Shown in pieces: positions 13,539 to 24,804 of a stretch of DNA of 64,000 nt. The stretch is from positions 5,952,001 to 6,016,000 of the forward strand of contig NC_043001.1 of NCBI RefSeq assembly GCF_006345805.1, written 5' to 3'. The stretch's first letter is position 1. The number at the start of each line of letters is the position of its first letter. The stretch comes from Octopus sinensis (taxonomy: Eukaryota). The notes under the pieces are model-generated. The model was given only the letters and a program-made list of their open reading frames with translations. It ran no database searches and was not told where the DNA came from. Position numbers and translations under genes: made by a program.

Positions 13539-13930
13539 ATAGTTGTCAGAGATCATGCAGAAAAAAAATGCTTTCTAATGGATGTATCAATACCAGTAGA
13601 TGACAACGTGACTCTAAAAGAACTGGAGAAACTCTCAAAATACAAAGACCTGGAAATAGAGGTAACTCGAATGTGGAAGCTAAAAACAGAAACAATTCCT
13701 ATCATAGTGGGCGCATTGGGAAAGATAAAAAAATATTCAGACAAATACATAACAAAAGCACCAGGATTTGCAAATATAAATAACAGAAAGAAAATTGCAA
13801 TACTAGGCACTGCACACATCCTACGCAGACCACTTTCAATATAGTAACCATAAAAGAATCACAGATAACCACATCACATACCCAAGGCACACAGAGCTGC
13901 GCCGGGTAGTGAAGTGAAAGAACGTTTTAA
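13539..13930 (+). mobile_element. 5'-truncated R4-clade (Dong/Rex6-like) non-LTR retrotransposon: RLE C-terminus plus 3' UTR
   Basis: Frame IVVRDHAEKKCFLMDVSIPVDDNVTLKELEKLSKYKDLEIEVTRMWKLKTETIPIIVGALG...AILGTAHILRRPLSI* (ORF 13578-13844) has PD-(D/E)xK RLE motifs typical of R4/Rex6/Dong; followed by a short UTR and (AAT)n. Confidence 0.85.
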
Positions 13931-13943
13931 AAATAATAATGAA

Positions 13944-14032
<89 letters not shown>
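13931..14032 (+). repeat. (AAT)n microsatellite
   Basis: Read directly from the sequence. Confidence 0.95.
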
Positions 14033-14034
<2 letters not shown>

Positions 14035-14590
14035 GCCCTGATGCAGTACCAGGCAGTGGCTCTCATGGCTTCTGATCTTAACTGATTGGAAGTGTTATCA
14101 TGTACATTGTTTTGTCTTGGTATAAAAGATGGGCTACAGCAAATATTCTGCTCAATACCACAGATTTGCTTGTCAGTTGTTTGACCATAACCAGTTGAGC
14201 ATGTCCCTTAGTGGCTGACGATATGTGCATCTCTGATCACGAGCAGAAGTGGTGGGGGAGCATCATAGCCATGTGTTGAGAGGGATTCTTTGGGGTTTGA
14301 ATAATTCACCTCTGGAAACATGGGTGGTTCTTTCAACATCCTTAAACAATCCTTATTCAGGGACCTTTTGAGCGGGATGGGCTACTCAACCTGAAGAAAA
14401 TTCTAACTGGGCCCCACCTGCAAGGTCATGTGCTGTTTATCTTGATATGAGATCACCATGTCGCGCACATATGGTTGTGATGCATGTGCCTGGTGTACCC
14501 TTATCAGACGGGTAGTCATGATGGGTATATTGGGCTTCGTATATTTTACCCCAGTGTCACTTTGATGGCATGAACTGCTCTCTCACTCAA
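14033..14590. mobile_element. About 560-bp non-coding interspersed element bounded by AAT repeats
   Basis: GC-richer unique block starting ATGCCCTGATGCAGTACCAGG right after (AAT)n and ending CTCTCTCACTC before AATAATGATAATAAT; no long ORF. Confidence 0.55.
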
Positions 14591-14896
14591 TAATGATAAT
14601 AATACCAACTCGTTTCATAAAAATTTCGCCATTTAAGACTTCTGCTCCACCTCTCTCTCCTCTGTGTCTATGACTTTCCTCTCTCACTCTCTAAACATGT
14701 AGCGTTGTAACACATCCAGCGCCTCCCTTCCTCTTACTTACACTCTTAATGGAACACTAGTGTTAACCCCCTCTCTCTCTCTGTCTTTCTCTCTCCTTCT
14801 GTTTGTTATCTCTCTTCCCCTCTACCTTTCTCTAAAAGGGAAACAGAGCGTGTCCGGAGAAATCGCCCAAATGACCAACTAACATATCTATAAACA

Positions 14897-15293
14897 TCTT
14901 TATATATAAAAGTAAGGTTGTGTGCTGTCTGTCTCCTACGATTTAGATTCCTAACTACACCCACATTTTGCGGTGCAGTTTAACCAAAACCGGGTACCTT
15001 ATAGTCGTGATTCATATCGAGCCCTTCTGGGTATTAGCGCGCGTCTACGATGAGTCTACGATTTAAAAAAAAAATTACCATCAATTTTTCCCATTTTTAA
15101 TGCATTTTTGGTATATATAAGGGAAGTAACTCTCTAAAAGTTTATTATTAAATCTCAGAACGTAAAAAGCTACAGTAACACCCCCTCCTTTGTGGTTAGC
15201 CATATTGAGATGGCTATTATACTTTACATCTCTAAAAATGCTTATATAGTTATTTCCCTTACAAACCCGAGCAACGCCGGGCGATACTGCTAT
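14897..15293 (+). mobile_element. Non-autonomous Helitron
   Basis: A|TC 5' start (TCTTTATATATAAAAGT), subterminal hairpin CCCGAGCAACGCCGGG, 3' end CTAT (CTAG in the second copy); homologous to 36151-36544. Confidence 0.8.
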
Positions 15294-16099
15294 TTTATTA
15301 TATAAAGATAGAACCCTTATAAAGATCATGAATTTTTAAAGCTGAAATGCACTCACATACTTCTGATTTGAAGATATACGTTTAGACACAATGAAAACAA
15401 GGCCATTATCCATCAACGAAGAATCAATATTTAACAAGTCGTTGTTCTTTAGCCATTTCCACAACTCCTGTCAGCTTTAGTCTAAAATAAGAAATTGTGC
15501 CCTTCAGCATCTCACAGCCTGTTACATTTTGCATCTATCTAAGTGCTTTGGGATATTGCATTCGAATGTCAGAATATGTTCCGTCTGTTTTCGAGATTCC
15601 ACCAACGTATTCTCTCCATTGTATGCTATGCTCTTACAGAGGAATACCAAAATGTTTTCTTCGCCTCGTTTTAAAGGTACAAACAACTACTCCCCACCAG
15701 CACGTTTTCGACATTAATAGCTGTGCCACCACGCAGACTTACAAGACAGTTGCGAAAATACCTCTACCCTCCTCAAGGCCATAAGTCATCCAGCTCTCGA
15801 AGATTCTCATGGTTTTGCTGTCGATATATCAATCTCTTTTTCCAGGGAGTTCGAGAGCGATCACGTTTCTGCTTCATAGAGCACAATGTAGAACACTATT
15901 TCACCGAATTAATTACTATGACAACGAAATAAAAATTTCCGTCGCCACTCACTTTGCAAATATGCTACTTTAAATTTCCTGTTATAAACACAGTTTAAAT
16001 ATATGTCATCGATTACCTTATTTCCAGTTTTCAATTGTGTCATCGATTACCTGATGACCAAAGTCTGTGAGTGAGTTTCCAGCATTACATTCGAGAATT

Positions 16100-16890
16100 A
16101 ACACCTTAACGACCTGGAGTATGCGGATGATTCCACCCTATTCAGCAACTCGATCGATCTTCTCATGGACGCACTGATCAAATACAGAGATGAATCAGAA
16201 AAGCTTGGCCTTCAAGTGTGTTGCGCAAAGAGCAACCTGATGCATGTCGGAACCTTCTCGGTCCATCTCCTCTCCATATTGGCATCGACGTTGTGGAATT
16301 TGCTCAGTGCCTTCGTCTACCAGGGCTCCACTCTCACAGACAACGAAAACCTGACACCGGGCAACGACCGCAGATGTGATCCGGCTGCTGAAGTCATGTA
16401 TCCCATCTGGAAGTCATTTTGGCACCACTACTCTATTTCTCAGGTAACAACACATCGGCTCTCTATATTGTGCTCTATGAAGCAGAAACGTGATCGCCCT
16501 CGAACTCCCTGGCAAAAGAGATTGAGATATCGACAGCAAAACCGTGAGAATCTTCGAGATAATGAGATGGAATCATGAATTTTCTTACAATGAACAGAGT
16601 GCGCACAGTCATCAGCCTTCATCCAGCCACCTCATAATTATCCACGGAATGCGGTCGTACGAACCTGCCATTCTTCTCCCTCTAGGTAATCCTTCCAGAG
16701 CTTTATTCCCATTCGAAGCAGCAGCTGCAGGCTGGAAGATGGTTCGTGGCAGGTCCGACAGAAATGGCTAGGAGTGATTAAGGAAGAACTCCAGAGGTTC
16801 TACGTAACCTTGCGGGGCTGCAGATGGGCCGGCACGGGATCGCTAGCGATGAAGAGCACCGCTAAACCTGGTCCCCTCTACGCATGATGT
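16100..16890 (+). mobile_element. Decayed RTE-clade LINE, RT C-terminal region
   Basis: LNDLEYADDSTLF (YADD catalytic motif) followed by LGLQV...FVYQGS; internal deletions and stops. Confidence 0.75.
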
Positions 16891-17785
16891 TATATCTCGG
16901 ACCACTATTCTCTAATGACACCAGTCCCATCATGCACGAACAACAAGTAAGCCTCAAGGAATATTACAATTATTGCTTATATAACAGAATTCACACTGGA
17001 AATATGCGAAATGCGTCGGCCATGATAATTAATTTAGCTCATTAAACACATAAAAGTGAATTGATTACTCATTTTGTATACTATAATTAATCAGAAGCGA
17101 GTCACACTCCTCATAACTTAATATATCTCAGAGACATCTACTGAGGTAATCTCAATAATGTCATTCATATTAATATCATATATATTGTTTCTCTATATCC
17201 AAAATCTTTATTTATTCTCGTTAAATGTTTGGATTTATGGTTAAGTTAGAGAAGTAAAGTGATATTGGAATATTCTGTTATATAAATAGAAGGCTAATGA
17301 CATTGTTGATGCAATATATGAAAGGGAGGTATTCATGTTCTTAATTCATAGCGAGATCGTTACTTGTGTAAAGATATCCAATTTCGAAACAAAACATTTT
17401 ATAACTTGAATAAGAATAACACTATTCCGAACCGTTTCCAGTTAATTACGTTTATATTTTCTCAACCTTAACATTCACTGTTTATAAACCTATTAAATGT
17501 GGCGAAACCGTCTAACTGCAAACAGGATAATGGCAAATTTGTTAATTGTCACAAAGTCTCTAAATTAAATGTAAACACGAAGCCAAATTTGATCGGAACC
17601 GAAGCGCCCGTTGAAAAATATATTTTCCAGAAGTTTCAAAATACACGGTTATTAGACGAGCAGGTATTGTGTCATTTCAACTCATTTTCCAAAATTAAAC
17701 TTTTATTAGGGTATCCCCTCCCTAAATAAGGGTGAAATTTCTATGGTATTGCCCTGGTTTAAAATAAATGAGATAATTTATTTTT

Positions 17786-18189
17786 TCTTTTCTTTTCTTT
17801 TATTCTTTTACTTGTTTCAGTCATTTGACTGCAGCCATGCTGGAGCACCGCCTTTAGTCGAGCAAATCGAACCCGGGCTTATTCTTTGTAAGCCCAATAC
17901 TTATTCTATCGGTCTCTTTTGCCGAACCACTAAGTGACGGGGACGTAAACACACCAGCATCGGTTGTCAAGGAATGCTAGGGGGACAAACACACACACAC
18001 ATACACACACACATATATATATATACATATATACGACAGGCTTCTTTCAGTTTCCGTCTACCAAATCCACTCACAAGGCATTGGTTGGCCCGGGGCTATA
18101 GCAGAAGACACTTGCCCAAGATGCCACGCAGTGGTACTAAACACGGAACCATGTGGTTGGTTAGCAAAATACTTACAACACAGCCACTC
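17786..18189 (-). mobile_element. tRNA-derived SINE, family 2 (near full length)
   Basis: Reverse complement colinear with 62498-62916, including the internal (TA)n(TG)n tract and an (AAAAG)n tail. Confidence 0.9.
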
Positions 18190-18358
18190 AAAAAGTACAA
18201 AGTTTTACGAAAATCGCTTGTCTTTGCTAAACACCACTTATCAGAACTTTAGTAAAGATTACCTCATTTACTTTATAACATATCACATCAAAATCCAGCT
18301 CTTGCTCTTTGTCTAATAAGAGTTCTCATCAATTTTATAATGATTCTCTCTTTTACTT

Positions 18359-18429
<71 letters not shown>

Positions 18430-18440
18430 GTCTATCTATC

Positions 18441-18490
<50 letters not shown>

Positions 18491-18676
18491 CCCATCTATC
18501 TATCTATCTATCTATCTATCTACCCATCTATCTATCTATCTATCTATTTATCTATCTATCTATCTGTCTATCTATCTATCTATCTATCTACCTGTCTATC
18601 TATCTATCTATCTAACTATCTATCTATCTACCTAACATCTATCTATCTATCTATCTACCTATCTATCTATCTATCT
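18359..18676 (+). repeat. (TATC)n / (GATA)n microsatellite, 5' flank of the Tx1-like LINE
   Basis: Read directly from the sequence. Confidence 0.97.
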
Positions 18677-21520
18677 AGAAGCGCATCGCATCCGACGTTT
18701 TGGCGGAAAGGTTGGCCCTCGACCAACACTTCAACGCCAAACACGAAGGATGTGCTGTCAGAGCTAGGATGCGTGCTCTAAGGAACGAAGGTGTTGGAGC
18801 CGCGAGAGAGGCCCGGGTGGCAGAGGCGCAACAGGACAACAAAGCCACCATTCGGTCACTGGTAGATGAACAGGGGCGCGAATTGCTCGAGCCAAGTAAA
18901 ATGTGTGAGGCCTTTCAGCAGCATTTTGCCCGACTGTTCGGGACGAGTGGAGGGCAAGAACGTAGGGTGGACTTCAGTGCCTACCTACATAGCCTGCCAC
19001 GACTCTCGACAAGAAAGGCAGGGTGCTGCGAAGGTGCCATCACGGCGGCGGAAGTGCAGGAAGCGATAGCAGAATGCTCGAGGGACAAATCACCGGGTTT
19101 GGATGGTCTACCCTACGAGTTTTACAATTGTATGCCAGACTTGTTTGGAGACGTCTTGGCAGCGGTATACTGCAACTGGCAGCAAAACGGGAGCATACCC
19201 GGTTTTGTGAGTCGAGGAGCTGTAACTCTGCTGAAGAAAGATCCAAACAAGGGAAACATTATAGATAACTTTAGACCAATCACGCTGCTCAATGCAGACC
19301 TGAAAATTTTGACAAAGGTGTTAGCCAAGAGGTTGGCGCTTGTCATCGAGAAACTGGTCGACAACGCACAAACGCGCGCCGTGCCGGGCCGGAGCATCCA
19401 TGACAACCTCCATCTGATGCGCTACATCATAGACAGGGTAGTTAACGAACCTGGCATGGGTGGGGCCCTGATCAACTTGGATCAATCGAAAGCCTTTGAT
19501 AGGGTAGACCATCGATACTTGGAGGCAGTCCTGAGAGCGGCTGGTTTCGGTCCCGTCTTCCGCGGCTGGATAGCTGCCTTGTACAGAGGCATCCGTTCAG
19601 TAATTCGCGTAAATGGACGTAAATGCACGTTCGGTCCGTCAGGGATGCCCCCTCTCGGCGCTTCTATACGTATTGACTCTTGAGCCACTACTGCGGAAGC
19701 TGGCGACTCTAAGGGGCATCCCGCGAGAATTGGGATGCGGGACGAGCGTGTCTGCATACGCGGACGACGTCACCGTCATAGTGTCAAGCCACGAGCACAT
19801 CGAGCGGGTCGGCGAGACACTGAAAGACTACGAAGCGGTGACAGGAGCAAAAATCAACCGGGAAAAGTCAGTGGGCTTGCGGCTCGGCACCTGGAGAAGC
19901 AAGCCCATGCCGTCCACCAGTACCTCCGTCGTGGGACGCTGGACCGACGGCCCGGTTGAGTTGCTCGGGGTCTGGTTCGGTCCGGACCTCCAAATGGAGA
20001 AGAACTGGAACGAGATAACGAGTAGGGTGGTCACTCTCGCCCAGCAATGGGCCGAGAGGAAACTGTCCCTAAAAGGTCGGGCGGAGATGGTGAACGCGTA
20101 CATCGCGTCCATCATCTACTACCGCCTGACCGTCGTACCCTGTCCCGACCCTACCATCACCAAACTAGAACGCATCCTCTTCCGCTTCTTGTGGAAAGGA
20201 TGCGTCCCGATGGTCAGGCGATCCATTTGCTGTCAACACCCGTTATTAAAGGAGGGCTGGGCATGCCGTGGTTGATGATGCGCAGACACGCGCTGAGACT
20301 GCGACATCTCCGGCTCTATGTAGACGACGGTGAACAGGTGTGGTCGCCGTTTGTGAGGCACGCATTCCCGCAACTCGTCTCCATGACCGAACTACAGTCG
20401 TGGATCAAAAAGAGGCCGAGGAAGGGCGAATGGCACCGCGAGTGTCGCGTTGCTCTCAACAACTCTGCCGTCCCGGGTCGACCTTGAGTGACTTCAACAC
20501 AACCAAAGCATTCTATAGGGGATTAGTGGAGGGGAGGTACGACGACGAGCTCGGGGCAAACCTGGGCGTCGACGAGGAATACCTGACCCGCCTGTTTCAA
20601 ACGACTTTCGGCCGGGGACCTATGGACAACTTCCAGAGATCCCTGGCCTGGCGGTGCTACCGAGAAGCGCTACCCGTTCGGGATAAGCTCTATAGGCATG
20701 GCTCGAGAAACACGGGGCCGACCTGCCCGAGATGCGGGTAGAGCGACGAAACCGCTCTGCACGCAATCGTGCAGTATCCAGCAATTTCCGACCTGTGGGC
20801 TTATGTCGAACGACTGCTGTCACGTGTGGGACGTGTCGGTTTATCAGCCGAGTCTATCGTTAATATCGTCACGCCTCCTTCCTTCAAACGGGAAGGAAGA
20901 GCTATTTTTATCATACTTGTGGCTATGGCGAAAGAATGTATCTGGTGGACGCGCCTGAAAGGATTAGAGACAAACACTTTCCTCTCTGGTCAATCTCTCA
21001 TCAACTTCTTCAAGTATCACTTGAAGAGGAAAGTGAGAGTAGAGAGGCAAGTTTTGTCTAGTGAATGTTTTAAAAAAAGATGGGTGAATGTAGCAAGGAT
21101 GGCACGTATGAATGACGAAGCCACCTTGACTATGATTCTATGAACCGTAAAAATTAATACAGAGAGTTGCTTAGTTGCAAAAAAAAAAAAGAAATATAAC
21201 ATGTGACTTCATTGACCGAGGTTACCGTGGTCTTTTCCGTAGGCTTTTCTTTCCACGGGTAAACCTCACCTGTTCTCCCCTATACACTTCATATTGACAT
21301 TTCTGTGATAACGATCCCTATTGATCAATTTTTTTGCTCTCCCCCCACCTTTTTCTTTTTTTTTTTTATTAACCCCTCCCTTTTTTTAGTCCTCTTTCTT
21401 TTCCTTTTACGATCCTTTTTGATCGAAAACCACCACTCCCTTTTTTTACCACCAAAAGAAAAGCTCTACCTTGTAATTTGTTCTATCTGTGTGCAGCCCT
21501 GTATGGCTAATAAAGAAACA
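18677..21520 (+). mobile_element. 5'-truncated Tx1/L1-clade non-LTR retrotransposon (about 2.8 kb)
   Basis: RT motifs KSPGLDGLPYEFY, NFRPITLLNADLKIL, LDQSKAFDRVDH, VRQGCPLS, AYADDV and C-terminal CPRCG...ET..H knuckle; 3' UTR ends in AATAAA (21509-21514); apurinic endonuclease domain missing. Confidence 0.92.
18700..21143 (+). pseudogene. Disrupted ORF2 (reverse transcriptase) of the Tx1-like LINE
   Basis: Five consecutive ORF pieces (18700-19683, 19613-20275, 20047-20487, 20340-20741, 20769-21143) join into one RT protein through about three frameshifts and one in-frame TAG at 20739-20741. Confidence 0.88.
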
Positions 21521-21610
<90 letters not shown>

Positions 21611-21615
21611 CCTAC

Positions 21616-21680
<65 letters not shown>

Positions 21681-21710
21681 CATCTATCTATCTACCTATC
21701 TGACTATCTA
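21521..21710 (+). repeat. (TATC)n / (GATA)n microsatellite, 3' flank of the Tx1-like LINE
   Basis: Read directly; same orientation as the 5' tract. Confidence 0.97.
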
Positions 21711-24700
21711 TATGATACTGGATTTCCTTGCATGAAGCGAATAATTATTACGAAAATTGTTCCTTACATCTGTAAATAAAATTGCAGTTGACAGGAAGCG
21801 CTTGAGATCATGTCTGAATCTGGAGATTTTATGTTGGTTGTGTAATTGAGTCGTAGATTTCACAGAGAAGCGATGGTTGAAGCAATAAATGAGAAAGGTA
21901 AATAGACGAAACCTCATAACAGACTTGTATGATGTTTGAACTCTCATTTTCAGGACACGCACCAGTGCGACTGTAAATCTGTCATTTTATTCCAGTCGCC
22001 ATAATCAGCAAAGGCCCAACATCTTAATCCGCCAACATAAATAGCATCGGTTTCTCTTTAATGTCTTCTTGTTAGTAATTACACTGGGAAGAGTATATCT
22101 AATTAAAGACGACTTTGTTTACGGAAGATGCAATGTTAACAACGAAATCTCATAAAGTGATCCCTTGAAATCCTATTATACGTGTGTATTTACATATACG
22201 CACGTACAAACACGCATATGTCTATATATGCACGCACAAGCATTTATACGTTTTTGTAGATCTGAACGAATGCATTGCTTTAGGGATTAACGACAGTTGC
22301 ATGCAAGTAATTAGTACAACGTTAGCGACCGAATGAGCTATTAAAGGCGGCAGATTTCTGTGAATGTTTTAGTCAACACTTCATAGATATAGCGAGCAGA
22401 TGAAAAGGAGAAACTTAATTTGTATGATCTCCAATTATTTCCCATTAAGTAAAAGAAAATAACGCAGTAGAAGAGAATTTTAAAAAAAAAGTCACAGCGA
22501 ATAGGCCATTGATAATGTATGAAAAAGAAACACGAAAAATACCTAAATTATAAATGCATGGAAACAATACATAGAGCAGAGAACAGACTTTAACTCTGAT
22601 ATTTTAAGTATATTAAATTACTAGCTTCCTCTACAGATCGTTACCTGTAATTATCTATTTTAGATCATTTGTCTCACTCTAAACTTTTCTTTGATCAATC
22701 TTTTCATCATACTCATTATTTACAAATGCAACAAATGTTATGTATATTTATACATTGGTACAGAGCCCCTCCATACTCCTCTCACCTATACATCCAATTG
22801 ATGCTACCCGCTGTGCAGTTAATATTCTTGCATACTTTGTTATGCATCTATCAATGACTACGCATTTATACATTTTCAACAATTATTTGCAATTTTCTAC
22901 GTTTGGGGACTCTCTCTCTATAAAATATTATATACATACACAATGCGTGTGCGTGTGTGTGTGTGTGCTGAAGTATAAAGGGATATGTTGATGTAGAAAA
23001 TAACATGTCGTCAATTACGACTGATTTAGTAACGTAGAGCGTCCTTTCAAAATTCTATTAATTTTTCTTTCATTTATTTCCCCGCGATATGACTTCTAAA
23101 TTTATAAATAATGAATACTATTAACGGAAAAAGATGAGAGCAACAAATATCTTCTGGAATATCAATCAGAAGTTTCTAAAATAAGCTCAACCGTAATTAA
23201 AGAAATTGTATATGTCTCTTCCTGCTGATTATATAACGAAAAATGCATCTTGGCTTTTGTTGTTTCTTTTTTCAAAGAGAATCAAGTAGAACCAATAGAT
23301 TTATGTGGAATGTTTTAATTAGAAACGAATTCAATAAAATATTGTCATAAATATTCTATGGAAAAAGTCAGTCAGAAAAAATAGAAAGGACAATTAATTA
23401 TATTTTACTAGCGAGATATTTAATTAGGTTGTCTCAGCATTCTAAGTTCAAATCCAGATGTTGTCGAACTCGTGGCTCATGAATTCGAAGCCAGTATTTT
23501 AAATGCCTTTAATTGTTTTAAAATTAAATAATGCTATTCTTTATCTCCAAAAACCGTTATCAATCCCTAAAAATATTGTGATCTCAACACTTATAGTTTT
23601 CTAACTGCAAAAAGCCTTTTCAGAAATATATTAGGGAAATTTGTTATAGTTTTTAATCCACCAAAAGTAATGATATATTTGCTTGGTCGAGACTTTTGGT
23701 AAAAAATGGATTAAATTCATCTTAGTACTATTGGGTTATGGTAGCCGTTGCAGCATACAAATATTTTCATACCGGATATAATACTTCAGCTATCAGTCTA
23801 AACTTTTGGCAATTATTTAGCGAGAAATTGACTAATACAGAGTGGTAAATACTCCGTTGAAACTACTGAATAAAGGGTACGGGGTTGTCGTCACAGCACG
23901 CTATCTTTTGTTAATGCTAAAGTTAAATTTATGAAGGAAACTATAGGGTAATACTTTCCAAACTATTCATAAAAAGGAGGTGTTAATAGGAATAAAATCT
24001 TATTTTACAAGAAATGCCAGCCAAAATCAGAGAATCCTTCACATACCTTGGCAGCACTGTGTATGACTCTCGAATCTGTTATTGAATAGAAATCATTTTT
24101 TTGTTTCAGAAAACAATATTTAAAAGCAATTTCATAAATACTTGTTCAAGCGGAAAGGCAAATCTTCAGATTCCTCTGCTCGTCCAAATCCATCATCCAC
24201 ATACAAATCAGCATCCACATTTTATTGGCAAATTAGAAGCATGTTCGGACAAAGATATGTCAATCCTCCAGGATAATCAGGCATCGATTATGAGAGACGC
24301 GAAACATTTGATTTATGAAGAAAAGAATTGGATTTCATAGTGATGCCTCCTCACACGGATGCAATAAACACGATAAATATGCTGAAATGTATATTAACCA
24401 TTGTCTGGAAATGTAGTTTTACTTTTTCAGAGGCGTTGCTTCAGCAAGGCCGCTGCCTGACGACTGAAGCAAGTAAAAAATACTTTGTTGTACTCAACAA
24501 TCTACCACGCCCTATTTCAGACAGGTATGTGAAGACCATCAACAAACTTGTTACGAACCCGCTTATAATTGTCAATGATCCCATCAAAAGAGAATTCCAG
24601 ATTTTCAAATCAGTCCAAGCTTCCTTTGATAATCAGCGTCACGGCACCTCCATGGCGGGAAATCTCTAACCGAGAATGGCACTCTGTTAAAACTGTAAAA

Positions 24701-24804
24701 CTATTTCGGAGTCATCGTTTGTTATTAATCAATTCTATAATGATTTATCGATACTGGAAATTGTCCTAAAATATTTCAAACGCATGCACATTATCCATCA
24801 TATA

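Noticed and set aside
24250-24640. Minus-strand peptide snippets resembling GPCR TM1-TM2 (GFVTSLLMVF...STTKYFLL) and NPILF
   Set aside because: Different frames, spacing far too short for seven helices, interrupted by stops; chance resemblance is likely.
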